Assembly: GCA_027623195.1 (NCBI GenBank)
Contig: JAQBUT010000002.1
Span: forward strand, 96,001-160,000
From: Chloroflexota bacterium
GTDB taxonomy: Bacteria; Chloroflexota; Dehalococcoidia; Lucifugimonadales; JADFKI01
DNA: 64,000 nucleotides
Direction: 5' to 3'
This document shows positions 8,337-18,163 of this stretch, one piece after another (the stretch's first letter is position 1; each line of letters begins with the position of its first letter). The position numbers and the translations under genes are program-made. Below the pieces are notes generated by a model that had not been told where the DNA came from, searched no databases, and was given only the letters and a program-made list of their open reading frames with translations.

Positions 8337-8969
8337 ATGACGCAAGAAGATAACCTGGTCCAATGGGTCTACGCCTCCAAGAACGAGGACGAGTTGGAGG
8401 AGCGGTATGACCATTGGGCAAAAACATATGACGAAGACTTGAACCGAGACTTTGGCTGGTACGGCCCGATCCGAGCAGTAGAGTCGATGGGCAAATACGT
8501 CTCTAAGGACGCTCGGATTCTGGACGCAGGCGCAGGCACGGGCCTGGTAGGAAAACTGCTGGCAGACGCTGGTTACACCAACCTCGTAGCAATGGACCTA
8601 TCTCAGGGAATGCTGGATGAGGCCCGTAACAAGGGCGTGTACCAGGAGTTCCATCAGATGACCATGGGTGAAACCCTGGACTTTCCTACGAACTCCTTTG
8701 ATGCTGTTGTTACAGTTGGTGTATTGACTGTAGGCCACGCCCCGGTCAAATCGCTTGACGAACTGGTCCGGGTAACTAGGCCAGGCGGATATATTGTGTA
8801 CACGTTGAGGCCGGACCTCCTGGAGGATGGCGGCTTCAAGGAAAAGCACGCCGAGCTAGAAGCAGCCGGCAAGTGGAAGTTGACTGAAATGGGAGAGCCC
8901 ACCAAGATTCTCCCCAAGGGTGAACCGGACGTCTTCCATCAAGTGTGGGTCTTCGAAGTGCTGGCGTAG
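8337..8969 (+). CDS. Class I SAM methyltransferase (METTL27/WBSCR27-like)
   Basis: YDHWAKTYDEDL, ILDAGAGTGLVG, DLSQGML and GHAP...ELVRVTRPGG. Start moved to ATG 8337 (GGAG RBS). Confidence 0.85.
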   Translation: MTQEDNLVQWVYASKNEDELEERYDHWAKTYDEDLNRDFGWYGPIRAVESMGKYVSKDARILDAGAGTGLVGKLLADAGYTNLVAMDLSQGMLDEARNKGVYQEFHQMTMGETLDFPTNSFDAVVTVGVLTVGHAPVKSLDELVRVTRPGGYIVYTLRPDLLEDGGFKEKHAELEAAGKWKLTEMGEPTKILPKGEPDVFHQVWVFEVLA

Positions 8970-9083
8970 CGGGGCTTCCCGCTGCCGAACGTCTAGTATC
9001 GCCGCATCGCAATCGACTCACACAAATCTGACTGATTAGGGTATCCTTAGCTCCGAGATATCACAGTAATCAGGAGAAACCTC

Positions 9084-9572
9084 ATGCCCGATTTGACACC
9101 TATGGCCGCATCCGTTGGCGAGAAACTTAAGCAGAGTGGCCAGAATTTGGCCGTCTCCGAGTCCTCGTGTGGAGGGTTGCTTTCTGCCTGCCTCGTATCG
9201 GTCCCGGGGGCGTCAGCTTACTACGTAGGTGGTTCTGTGGTTTACACCAGGGTCGCCCAGAAGGGTCTGCTAGATGTGCCCGACAGCGCTATGGAGGGCA
9301 TGCGCGCCAGCACCGAAGCCTACGCTCTCATGAACGCCCGTGCCTTACGGGAGCGTCTTGGCACCACCTGGGCTCTTAGCGAAACAGGCGCCAGTGGTCC
9401 GACGGGAAACCGCTATGGCGACGATGCAGGCCATGCCTGTATCGCAGTCGCCGGTCCCATTGAGCGGGCCATAACCGTAGAGACTGGCAATTCTGATCGC
9501 GAGGCCAATATGTGGGCCTTCGCCAAGGCAGCCTTTGATCTGCTGGAAGAGTGTGTTTCGGAGGCTGGCTAG
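9084..9572 (+). CDS. CinA C-terminal / PncC-like NMN amidohydrolase family protein
   Basis: LAVSESSCGG, PGASAYYVGG and SETGASGP motifs. Confidence 0.85.
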   Translation: MPDLTPMAASVGEKLKQSGQNLAVSESSCGGLLSACLVSVPGASAYYVGGSVVYTRVAQKGLLDVPDSAMEGMRASTEAYALMNARALRERLGTTWALSETGASGPTGNRYGDDAGHACIAVAGPIERAITVETGNSDREANMWAFAKAAFDLLEECVSEAG

Positions 9573-9590
9573 AGCCGCCATACCTCCGTC

Positions 9591-10499
9591 TTAAGCCCGG
9601 TCGCCTGATTCAGTAGCCCTGAACATGATGATAATGGTCTGCTGGTCTCCAAGCACGTACGTCGCTGGCTCCTCTATGCGCACCCCATCCACAAAGACGG
9701 CCAACTCACCTGCATGACCGTCTGGACATAGATCACCGTTTGTAAAGCTCGTCCCCCACGGCATCGTCATGCTTGAGTTCGTCAGATCCCCGCCTGATGT
9801 CCTGAAGGCCAGAGCTAACGTTGCGTTTTTGCCGGCCTCCGAGGGGTCAAACGGATGAACGTGTATTAGCTCGTCGCCGTGGCTGTGGACTCCGCCGGGA
9901 GCGCCCGGCAGATTGGGCTGCCGAACGCCGCACACGGATATGCCATATGCGTTGTGCCAGTGGTCGCCAACGTAAGGGTGGTCCGGATTCCACACAGCAT
10001 TGCTTACAGCAACCCCTAAGACGATAAGAGCTACCCCTGAGCCAATGCCGACGTAAATGAGGCGTCTTGGGAGGCCGATCACTCGGAGAAAGACGACAGC
10101 CCCAAGCCCAAGTAGGATACCAGTGACGTTGAACAAAACGTCCGACAACTGAGCCGACCGCTCTGGAAGTATGGCCTGCAGGACCTCTACGGTTATGCCA
10201 ATCGTAGTGGCTATCACCATGGCTGCTACGGCAGACCTAAGACCACCCAGCAGGCCTGGTCGGCTTCGTGCCAGAGCCACGTGAATCAGCGAGGCGAGGA
10301 TGAAGTACGCGATCACGTGGGCTGCTGCTGAGACCAGGGGCCGAGGCAACGAGGGCAACAGAAGCAGGCGTGGCGTCGAAGACAGGTACACGAGGTAGAC
10401 TACCCAGGCCGTGATAAGCAGCGTTGTGGGACTGCGGAGAAATCCTAGTCGGCGCAACTGGCTCAGTCCTGGTCGCGAGGTGAAGTCTTCATGTTCCAA
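9591..10499 (-). CDS. VanZ-like membrane protein with a C-terminal His/Cys-rich soluble domain
   Basis: AHVIAY, EVLQAILPERSAQLSDVLFN (VanZ); then DHWH...VCG...HSHGDELIHVHP. Confidence 0.7.
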   Translation of the reverse strand: MEHEDFTSRPGLSQLRRLGFLRSPTTLLITAWVVYLVYLSSTPRLLLLPSLPRPLVSAAAHVIAYFILASLIHVALARSRPGLLGGLRSAVAAMVIATTIGITVEVLQAILPERSAQLSDVLFNVTGILLGLGAVVFLRVIGLPRRLIYVGIGSGVALIVLGVAVSNAVWNPDHPYVGDHWHNAYGISVCGVRQPNLPGAPGGVHSHGDELIHVHPFDPSEAGKNATLALAFRTSGGDLTNSSMTMPWGTSFTNGDLCPDGHAGELAVFVDGVRIEEPATYVLGDQQTIIIMFRATESGDRA

Positions 10500-10541
10500 T
10501 TATAACTGTATCGGGGGCGGTTCGAACTCCTCGTTTCGGGC

Positions 10542-11396
10542 CTAAACCTGGCTGTATCCGCTGCCTACCCTGCCTCCCGGAAGGCCTGTGCCCTCGGGAT
10601 TGTCAAGCTGCCCGTACTCTGCCAGAATCTGCTGGCTGTAAGTCACCCGTCCCGAGATCTTCTCCACGGGCTCTGTGGCTAGGATCAGCGCAGCGTCTGC
10701 CATGAGCTTGGGGTGCTCGCCGCGAGGGTCGTCGACGCCGGTTACCAGGTGATGGAACACCGTGCCGGGTGTCGGTACTACCTTCGACGGAGACAGCGCT
10801 GTAACCGAGATGCCGTACTCGAATAGCTCTTGGGCCAAGCCCTGGCTGAAGCGTTCCAGCGCCGCCTTTTCTGCGCCGTAGCAGGTGTGACCGCTGTTGG
10901 GCGGCACGTCTTTGTACGGACCGCGACCCGGGCCAATGGCTGCTCCGGATGAGATGTTTACAATGCTGCCGCTTTTGCGGGGTATCATATCTTCCATTAC
11001 CAGTTGGCTCAGGATAAATGGCGCATGGAAATTTACCGCCCACGACCGCATCCATCGGTTAAGCTGGTAGTCTTTGATCGGCACGAAATAGGTCAGCGCG
11101 GCGTTGTTGACCAGGACGTCCACCGGACCATAGGTCTCCTTAGTGGCCTGAACCAGGTTTTCGCAATCTTCCGGCAGCGATATGTTGGCTGCCACAGCGG
11201 TGGCTTCCCCGCCCGCCTGTTTTATTTGGTTAACAGTAGTGTTTAGGGAGCCTTCCAAGGGGTGGTCGCCCTCATCCACGGTCCTTGCGGCACAAACGAC
11301 CTTGCCGCCTTCGGCAGCGAACAGCACTGCTATTTCCTTGCCGATGCCACGGCTGGCCCCAGTTACCAGAACGACCTTGCCGTCTAACTTACCCAT
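10542..11396 (-). CDS. Short-chain dehydrogenase/reductase
   Basis: TGASRGIG, LVNNA and YGAEK (YxxxK). Confidence 0.92.
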   Translation of the reverse strand: MGKLDGKVVLVTGASRGIGKEIAVLFAAEGGKVVCAARTVDEGDHPLEGSLNTTVNQIKQAGGEATAVAANISLPEDCENLVQATKETYGPVDVLVNNAALTYFVPIKDYQLNRWMRSWAVNFHAPFILSQLVMEDMIPRKSGSIVNISSGAAIGPGRGPYKDVPPNSGHTCYGAEKAALERFSQGLAQELFEYGISVTALSPSKVVPTPGTVFHHLVTGVDDPRGEHPKLMADAALILATEPVEKISGRVTYSQQILAEYGQLDNPEGTGLPGGRVGSGYSQV

Positions 11397-11464
11397 ATAA
11401 TTTCCTCCAAAAAGTTTCAGGCGCAGGTGCCAATGTCAAAAAAATCAGCCTCGTGTGCTTCCGC

Positions 11465-12178
11465 TTAACAACCTAGTTTGCCTGCCAACTCTTCAAAGCT
11501 GGTGGCGTAGACGTCGATCCAGTCTTCGTTGGTCGTGTCGATTTCACGACTGGGCCCGTGTTCCCCTGGCCGGGGTACGAAGGCAGTCTTCATGCCTGTC
11601 TCGTGAGCCGCCTTCAGATCGTCCTTGTGTGCGGCGGTCATCATCACCTGCTCGATAGGCAACCCAAGCATCTGCGCAGCGCCCTTGTATACCTCGGGGT
11701 CGCGCTTGTAATGATGAAACAGCTCTGCGGATAGAATGCAGTCCCAGGGCAGTCCTGCGTACTTTCCCATATTGGCAAGCAGGGCTACGTTGCCATTGGA
11801 CAGCGTGGATATGAGGAACTTCGTTTTCAGTCGAGTAAGTCCCGGAGGAGAGTCCGGCCAGGCATCCAGCCTATGCCAGGACCTGTTGAAGTCGTCTTTT
11901 TCCTCTTCGGTGAGTCCCGTTATCTTGAACTCTTCCAGAAGGTCTTCGAGAATCATACGATGTAGCGTGTCGATGTTGGTCCACGGCAATTCGCCCTTGC
12001 GTACCTTGTCCATGGACGGCCGATAGCCTCCGCGCCATCGATCGGCAAACTCTGCCCAGTCAAGGGAAACGCCCTTCGCCTTGCCCAGCGCTTCGCCTTG
12101 CCGCGTGATGCTTCCGCGCCAGTCTACCACGGTGCCGAACACGTCGAACGTGAGTGCCTTTACGTCGGATAAACTCAT
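11465..12178 (-). CDS. Haloacid dehalogenase type II family
   Basis: FDVFGTVVDW, TLSNGN, YKRDPEVY and AAHKDDL. Confidence 0.9.
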   Translation of the reverse strand: MSLSDVKALTFDVFGTVVDWRGSITRQGEALGKAKGVSLDWAEFADRWRGGYRPSMDKVRKGELPWTNIDTLHRMILEDLLEEFKITGLTEEEKDDFNRSWHRLDAWPDSPPGLTRLKTKFLISTLSNGNVALLANMGKYAGLPWDCILSAELFHHYKRDPEVYKGAAQMLGLPIEQVMMTAAHKDDLKAAHETGMKTAFVPRPGEHGPSREIDTTNEDWIDVYATSFEELAGKLGC

Positions 12179-12288
12179 TAGGATTAAACCTCCAAAGGGT
12201 CATGATGCTAAATGGGGCGTGCAAGATTGGGTCGTTCGCCTATCCCGCTTTTACCAGTAGCCTACGGGGGCTATACCAATTACGAAAA

Positions 12289-12744
12289 TCAGGGTATGAC
12301 CAGGACGGGTACATCGCCGGTGCGAATGACTCTGTCCGTATTACTTCCCAGCAACATACGCTTCAAGCCTCCATGTCCGTGGGTGGACATGACGATAAGA
12401 TCGATTCCATGCTGCTTGGCATAATCGATTATATGGTCGTGGGCGGAGCCCTCACATACCTCTCGCTCGGACTGGATTCCGTCATGCTCCAACTGCGCGG
12501 CTACGCGTTCGAGGTACTCCTCCACGCCGCTTAATTGGGCCTCTTCCAGTTGTCGAGCCAGGTCCGCAGTGCTGGGATCGGAGTCCAGGCCACCGGTTAA
12601 GGCCATGCCGCCTGAAGGGTTCCGGGAGAAGACACTAATTAGATGTATGGTAGCGCCAGAGGTCTTGGCCAGGCCCTGCGCGTGGGGCAAAGCCTTTTCT
12701 GCTAGCTTGGAACCGTCCAAGGGCACCAGGATGCGGGAGTACAT
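12289..12744 (-). CDS. Universal stress protein
   Basis: ILVPLDGS, DLIVMSTHG, LLGS and PVLVI. Confidence 0.93.
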   Translation of the reverse strand: MYSRILVPLDGSKLAEKALPHAQGLAKTSGATIHLISVFSRNPSGGMALTGGLDSDPSTADLARQLEEAQLSGVEEYLERVAAQLEHDGIQSEREVCEGSAHDHIIDYAKQHGIDLIVMSTHGHGGLKRMLLGSNTDRVIRTGDVPVLVIP

Positions 12745-13084
12745 AAATCCTCCATAAGGATAACAATGCGGGTCACTCTACAGGAACCGCATGATACGGA
12801 CATGGCGTGGGCCTGTCAACGATGTGGGGCTAGACGAAAGAGGGCATCAAGCCTTGCTATGTCTGCGCCCCTCAACTCGCGGTTTCTGGTATACCGAATA
12901 TTTCTGGACTACGCCCACCACCTTTGATTACACTTTAGAGTAGCGGTGTATTTTATCTTTAGGTTACGTATATCCTCGTAAATTCGACTGAGCAGCCTGC
13001 CAGATCAATATCAGTGGATTTACTCATGGGCCGCATGGCGGCTGACCGCAACGAAATTAAAGCCCGAATAATCAAGGAGCGTTC

Positions 13085-13816
13085 ATGACTGAAGAGACCC
13101 AAGACGAAAAATTCTCCCGTGGCATGGTTGTCGTCGCCCACGCGGACGATGCCGAATTCGGCTGTTCCGGTACGGTGGCAAAGCTCTGCGCCGAGGGCTG
13201 GGATATGGTGTACGTGATGTGCACCGACGGCAGCAAGGGCAGCAGCGACCGCAAGATGACTCAAAAGGAACTTTCTCGAATTCGCCACGAAGAACAGTCT
13301 AACGCCGGCAAGGTGCTGGGGCTCAAGGACGTGGTGTTCCTGGATAACGAAGACAGCATGCTCCAGCCCACGTTGGAGCTACGCAAAAGCATCGCGCGCG
13401 AGATTCGCCGACACAAGCCCGACGTGGTTATTACTATGTACCCTATGCGCAATTTGGACGGCGACGGCTTTGGAGTAGGACACCCAGACCACATGGCGGC
13501 GGGTGAGGCGACGCTCCAGGCTATATTCCCCACCGCCCGCGATCACATGACCTTTCCCGATCTGCTGGAGAACGGCTTCGAGCCACACAAGGTTGCCGAG
13601 GTCTGGATAATGGGCCACCCGAATCCCGACCATTGGGTAGACGTGACGGACCACATGGATACGTCGGTGAAGGCTTTGTTGGAACACGTATCCCAGATGG
13701 ACGGGCGCGACGAGGCCTGGGCTAACACAGTCATGAGGGACGGGCGAAGGGAAAGGGCAGAAGGCAAGGGCATGCAGTATGCAGAGGCCTTCAAGAAGAT
13801 CGGGTTCCGCCGATAA
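13085..13816 (+). CDS. PIG-L/LmbE-family deacetylase
   Basis: AHADD and HPDH motifs; terminal AEAF. Confidence 0.92.
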   Translation: MTEETQDEKFSRGMVVVAHADDAEFGCSGTVAKLCAEGWDMVYVMCTDGSKGSSDRKMTQKELSRIRHEEQSNAGKVLGLKDVVFLDNEDSMLQPTLELRKSIAREIRRHKPDVVITMYPMRNLDGDGFGVGHPDHMAAGEATLQAIFPTARDHMTFPDLLENGFEPHKVAEVWIMGHPNPDHWVDVTDHMDTSVKALLEHVSQMDGRDEAWANTVMRDGRRERAEGKGMQYAEAFKKIGFRR

Positions 13817-13897
13817 GCAGCACGCCGTTGGGAACACTTTGATGTATGGCATATTAGGTAGGCTACGCGGCCCACCTCATATTTGTTTGCGAGCGAA

Positions 13898-14902
13898 TCA
13901 GCCTGCCGGAGCGAGGTCTCGAACTGCCTGAAATATGTTTTCTTTGTTCGGCTCGTTGAACACGAGACGAATTTCGTCCACTCCGGCGTCGAAAAAGGTC
14001 TGCATCTGCTGGCGACACTGCTGGGGATCGCCAATGATGGTCATGGCATCCACCATCTCATCGGTGACCAGTTTGGCCGCGCCGTCACGGTCTCGGCGTT
14101 CCAGGTAGGCCTCTCGTATACGGTCGGCCTCTTCCCCGAAGCCAATGCGGTGCATGTACTGGTGGTAGAAAACGCCCATACCGCCAATGTAGAAGGCGAT
14201 GTGTGGTCGTTCCCGGTCCCGTGCTGCAGGGATGTCGTCGGTAACGTATATGGAGACCTGTGGCGATATGGCAATGTCGTCCAGCGACCGGCCCGCTAAT
14301 TCCGCGCCTGCTTTAAGTTCTGCCAAAGCAGATTCCATACGCCCAGGCGCCAAATAAATAGGTAGCCAGCCGTCGGCCAACTCCCCGGTAAGACGTAGGC
14401 TCGCCGGACTCAGCGACGCGATGTAGATTGGCATGTTTGGCCGATAGGGTTGGAACCGCAGACGAAAACGTTGGGTGTGAAAGAACTCGCCTTCGTGGTC
14501 CAGCCGTTCTCCGGCCAGCGCTTTGCGAACGATGTCGATATACTCCCGCATGCGCGCCAAAGGCTTGTTGAACTGTTCCCCGTGCAGGTCTTCTATGACA
14601 AGTTTTCCGCTGGAGCCCAGTCCTAAAAAGAAGCGGCCTTCGGACATCAGGTCCATATTAAGCGCGGTCATGGCCAGGTTGGCCGGGGAGCGCGCGAACA
14701 CCGGCACGATGCTGGTGCCGATTCGGATACGTGAGGTTACCGCCGCCAGTTGAGCCAGCGACGTGAACGCGTCTTCTCCCCACGACTCGCCCATCGCCAG
14801 GCTGCTGTAGCCCAGTTCGTCGGCCAGGATTGCGAGCTCCCGCACGTCGTTCCACGACATGCCGGGAGAGCGCAGTCCCATCAGGCCTACCTTGCCTGCC
14901 AT
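13898..14902 (-). CDS. LLM-class flavin-dependent oxidoreductase
   Basis: AAVTSRIRIGTSI, SEGRFFLGLG and GELADGW. Start moved to ATG 14902. Confidence 0.9.
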   Translation of the reverse strand: MAGKVGLMGLRSPGMSWNDVRELAILADELGYSSLAMGESWGEDAFTSLAQLAAVTSRIRIGTSIVPVFARSPANLAMTALNMDLMSEGRFFLGLGSSGKLVIEDLHGEQFNKPLARMREYIDIVRKALAGERLDHEGEFFHTQRFRLRFQPYRPNMPIYIASLSPASLRLTGELADGWLPIYLAPGRMESALAELKAGAELAGRSLDDIAISPQVSIYVTDDIPAARDRERPHIAFYIGGMGVFYHQYMHRIGFGEEADRIREAYLERRDRDGAAKLVTDEMVDAMTIIGDPQQCRQQMQTFFDAGVDEIRLVFNEPNKENIFQAVRDLAPAG

Positions 14903-14912
14903 CCTGGAAGCC

Positions 14913-15698
14913 TTAGCCCTGCTTGGCTTCGAAGATGGCAAAGTAGGCGCCCTGCGGGTCGGAAACGTAGGCGAACTTGCCGAACTCGATGTCCATGACC
15001 GGCGTTACGCCCTTGCCGCCCAGGCTCTCGACCTTCTGCAGGGCCGAGTTGACTTCCTCGACGAGGAAGTAGACGTTCCACATAGGGGGTGCGCCGCCCC
15101 ACTCCTCGGGCGTTTTCATCATGCCGCCCTTCATGTTTTCGCCGTCCATTAACATCGTGTATTCAGCGTCTTGCGACATTGGCATCGTGTTAGTCCGCCA
15201 GCCGAACAGGCCGCTGTAGAACGCGCCTGCCGCCTCGGTGTCACTCGTACCAAGCTCGTTCCAGCACATGGCGCCCGGCTCATAAGCAATCTGCGTGCCT
15301 ATGTGAGCCTTAGGCTCCCACAGCGATATGTGCGCTCCCTGGGGGTCTTGCACCACCGCCATTCGACCTACATCCATCACGTCCATGGCCGGCATAACGG
15401 CCTTACCACCAAGCTCCTCAGCTTTCTTCTGGCTCTCTTCGGCGCTTGCCACCGTGACGTAGTTCACCCAGTGCGGCGGAATACCCTGCCCCTTCATCTC
15501 GTCGCCCATGTCGTACACGGCGGCGGCATTCAGGCCGCCCTTGTCGAACATTGTGTACGTCATGCCCTCGCCAGCCGGCATGTCCGTGGCGTTCCAGCCA
15601 AACAGACCTGTGTAAAAGGCCTTCGCGCCCTCCGCGTCTGAGGTGGCCAGATCGGCCCAGCTAAAGGATCCAGGTGCGTGTTCCTTTACTTCTGACAT
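14913..15698 (-). CDS. Two-domain VOC/glyoxalase family protein
   Basis: Tandem W.(D/E)L.TSD...AFY.GLFGW...DPQGA repeats; AAGGAG RBS. Confidence 0.9.
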   Translation of the reverse strand: MSEVKEHAPGSFSWADLATSDAEGAKAFYTGLFGWNATDMPAGEGMTYTMFDKGGLNAAAVYDMGDEMKGQGIPPHWVNYVTVASAEESQKKAEELGGKAVMPAMDVMDVGRMAVVQDPQGAHISLWEPKAHIGTQIAYEPGAMCWNELGTSDTEAAGAFYSGLFGWRTNTMPMSQDAEYTMLMDGENMKGGMMKTPEEWGGAPPMWNVYFLVEEVNSALQKVESLGGKGVTPVMDIEFGKFAYVSDPQGAYFAIFEAKQG

Positions 15699-15884
15699 CA
15701 ATGTCTCCTTTTCAGACTTCGATTATTTAGCACTAATGTTTGTATATTGTCCGACCTCTTGTCCAGGGTCCACAATTTATCAGGTACGGACCTTACATGT
15801 GGTTGCCCAAATTATGTATTGGATCGAGAGAATTGGCACTACTTTTATGCGTCGGGCATATTCATTCCGATTTAACAGAGAAGT

Positions 15885-15962
15885 ACCCGTCGCGGCCTTT
15901 CCCCCCAAGGGGGAAGAAACAATCTCCTCTCCCTCGACGGGAGAGGATTAGGGTGAGGGTGA
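15885..15962. repeat. REP-like palindromic doublet, family A
   Basis: TTCCCCCCAAGGGGGAA and TCCTCTCCCTCGACGGGAGAGGA hairpins with a TAGGGTGAGGGTGA tail. Reverse complement resembles 27576-27660. Confidence 0.75.
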
Positions 15963-16049
15963 GGTCGTCCTCGTCCCCGGCCGAAAAACGTACCGCAATT
16001 CAGCCATAGACAAATCCGCCTTCAACGTGATCCCGAAGCCAGGCCCGCC

Positions 16050-16748
16050 CTACCCCAGCAGCAGCTTGCTCAACTCGGCCGGGTGGCTAAGCATGGGGTA
16101 GTGTCCTGCATCCAACTCGTACCATGCTGCGTTGAGCTTGTCTGCGGTGGCCCGCTGATGTGCCTCCGGTGGGTTGACACTCAGGCGGCAACGGATGACC
16201 GTGGCTGGCCACTCCTGCGACCAGAAGCCGTCTAGCTCTCCGGGCGCGTCCGAGGCCTCGATTGGATGCGCGGTGCAGCGGTCTACGGCCCAGGCCTTCA
16301 GCGTCGGCTCCAGGTCGGCGAACAAACGCGTTTCCAACTCCTCTCGCGTGGGGCCGCGAGTGAGTTCTGTGGTCGTCATGGGCGCTGAATCGGGGTTACG
16401 CTGCACGATATCGGTAACCTTCTGGCCGGGCTGCGGAGCCAGGGCGTCTACGAAAAAGATGTGCTTGATTCTGTCTCGAGCCAACTCGGCGATCTTGGCT
16501 ACCACCAGACCACCGGTGCTTGTGCCTGCGAGCATCACGTTGTCAATGTCCTCGTAGAACATCAAGTCTGCTAACTCTTGGGCCTGTGTCGCGATGGTGA
16601 TGCCGGGCCGAATCTGATGGCGGCGTTCGGCACAACCGTCCAGTGTCGGGACGTAGACGTTGTGTCCAGCCTCTCTCAAAATCTTGGCCGTTGGCTGCCA
16701 AATCCAGGCACCCTGAAATGATCCATGAACCAGTACGTAGTTTGCCAT
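16050..16748 (-). CDS. Alpha/beta hydrolase (esterase-like)
   Basis: LVHGSFQGAW, GTSTGG nucleophile elbow and AGHYPM. Confidence 0.88.
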   Translation of the reverse strand: MANYVLVHGSFQGAWIWQPTAKILREAGHNVYVPTLDGCAERRHQIRPGITIATQAQELADLMFYEDIDNVMLAGTSTGGLVVAKIAELARDRIKHIFFVDALAPQPGQKVTDIVQRNPDSAPMTTTELTRGPTREELETRLFADLEPTLKAWAVDRCTAHPIEASDAPGELDGFWSQEWPATVIRCRLSVNPPEAHQRATADKLNAAWYELDAGHYPMLSHPAELSKLLLG

Positions 16749-16840
16749 TTCTTCTCCTTATGCTTTCTCTGTGACTGGCCGCCTGCAGGCCAGTGTCCGG
16801 GTCATTACGCTTCTTGTGGGAGCGAACCCGCCGTGACGGG

Positions 16841-18163
16841 TCAACGGGCCTCCCGCTGCACCCTGCGAACGCCACCCATATCTGCGCCCTCTAAAGGGAT
16901 AGTTCCGATTACCTGCTTCGATTCCAGTTCTCTCATTCGTTCGTCTGGGTATCCTAACACTTCGCCAAGAAGGTACTCGTTGTGCTCGCCCAACGTAGGC
17001 GCATGTTCGTGTCGTTTTTCGAAACGACCTTTATCTGAATTACCCAAGAACTTCCATATAGGGCCGCTCATAGGGTACGTTCCGGCATCGGGATGTGTAA
17101 CTACCTGGAAGTAATCTCGAGCCTGCAGGTGCGGGTCCTCGTACGTGTCCGCTCCGCAATCCAGAACAGGCCCAGCCGGAATGTTCTTGGCCTGTAACAG
17201 ACGAAAGATGTCATACTTGTCACGTGTGGCTGTCCACTCGCCGATGATCTCGTCCAGTGCGTCCTGGTTTTCCAGGCGCGCTGCCAATGTGCCGAACCTA
17301 CCGTCATCTCCCAGGTCCGGCACGCCCATGAGGGCGCAAAGGGCATGCCACTCGTTATTGTTGCGGATAGAAAGTGTCACCCACTGGTCTTCACCTGTGC
17401 AGAGGTAGCAACCCTGAGGCGCAATCGCGGGGTGTCGATTGCCCCTACGCTCTCTGGGACGGCCTGTCATCTGCTCTTTCAGGAAGATCTCTCCAAGATG
17501 AGGCATGAAGGTCTCCGCCTGAGACAGGTCGATGAACTGGCCCTTGCCAGTGCGAGCCCTGTAGAGCAGCGCAGCGCAAATGGCGAAGTATGCCGTGACA
17601 CCGCCTACCGCGTCTGGATGGTGCACCAGCGAATTGTTGGACAGGTCCATGTCCGGGTATCCGCGCAGCGCCGAGTGACCAGACAGCGCGTCTATGGCCA
17701 TGCCCATGCTGTGAAATTTCTTGTATGGCCCTGTGTTGCCGTAACCAGGAGTAAACAGGACGATGAGGTCTGGCTTGACCTTGCGCAACTCCTCGTACCC
17801 CAGGCCCAGGCGGTCCATGACTCCAAAGGCATAGTTGGAGAAGACCACGTCGCTGAGACTGGCCATCTCCTTGAACGCCTCCCTGCCCTCCTCAGACCCC
17901 AGGTCGAGAGTCACGCCCAGCTTGTTCCTATTCAGCGCATTGAAATTGGCCTGTCGGTTCCACGCCCGTTCCCCAGGCTCGTCTTCGGGGTAACCGGGCG
18001 TGTCTGGATTGGGGTGTATAAGTCCTCTGGCGATACGCTGAATGGCCTCTACTTTGATGACCTCTGCGCCCATGTCTCCCATAAGCACACCACAGAAGGG
18101 ACCGGCCCAGATCTCTGCTAGCTCCAGCGCCCGTACGCCCGACAGAGGGCCTTTGCTCGGCAC
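16841..18163 (-). CDS. Family III CoA-transferase (CaiB/BaiF)
   Basis: WAGPF...DMGAEVIKVE, NRNK, catalytic-position Asp (PDAVGG) and APTLGEHN. Confidence 0.92.
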   Translation of the reverse strand: MPSKGPLSGVRALELAEIWAGPFCGVLMGDMGAEVIKVEAIQRIARGLIHPNPDTPGYPEDEPGERAWNRQANFNALNRNKLGVTLDLGSEEGREAFKEMASLSDVVFSNYAFGVMDRLGLGYEELRKVKPDLIVLFTPGYGNTGPYKKFHSMGMAIDALSGHSALRGYPDMDLSNNSLVHHPDAVGGVTAYFAICAALLYRARTGKGQFIDLSQAETFMPHLGEIFLKEQMTGRPRERRGNRHPAIAPQGCYLCTGEDQWVTLSIRNNNEWHALCALMGVPDLGDDGRFGTLAARLENQDALDEIIGEWTATRDKYDIFRLLQAKNIPAGPVLDCGADTYEDPHLQARDYFQVVTHPDAGTYPMSGPIWKFLGNSDKGRFEKRHEHAPTLGEHNEYLLGEVLGYPDERMRELESKQVIGTIPLEGADMGGVRRVQREAR

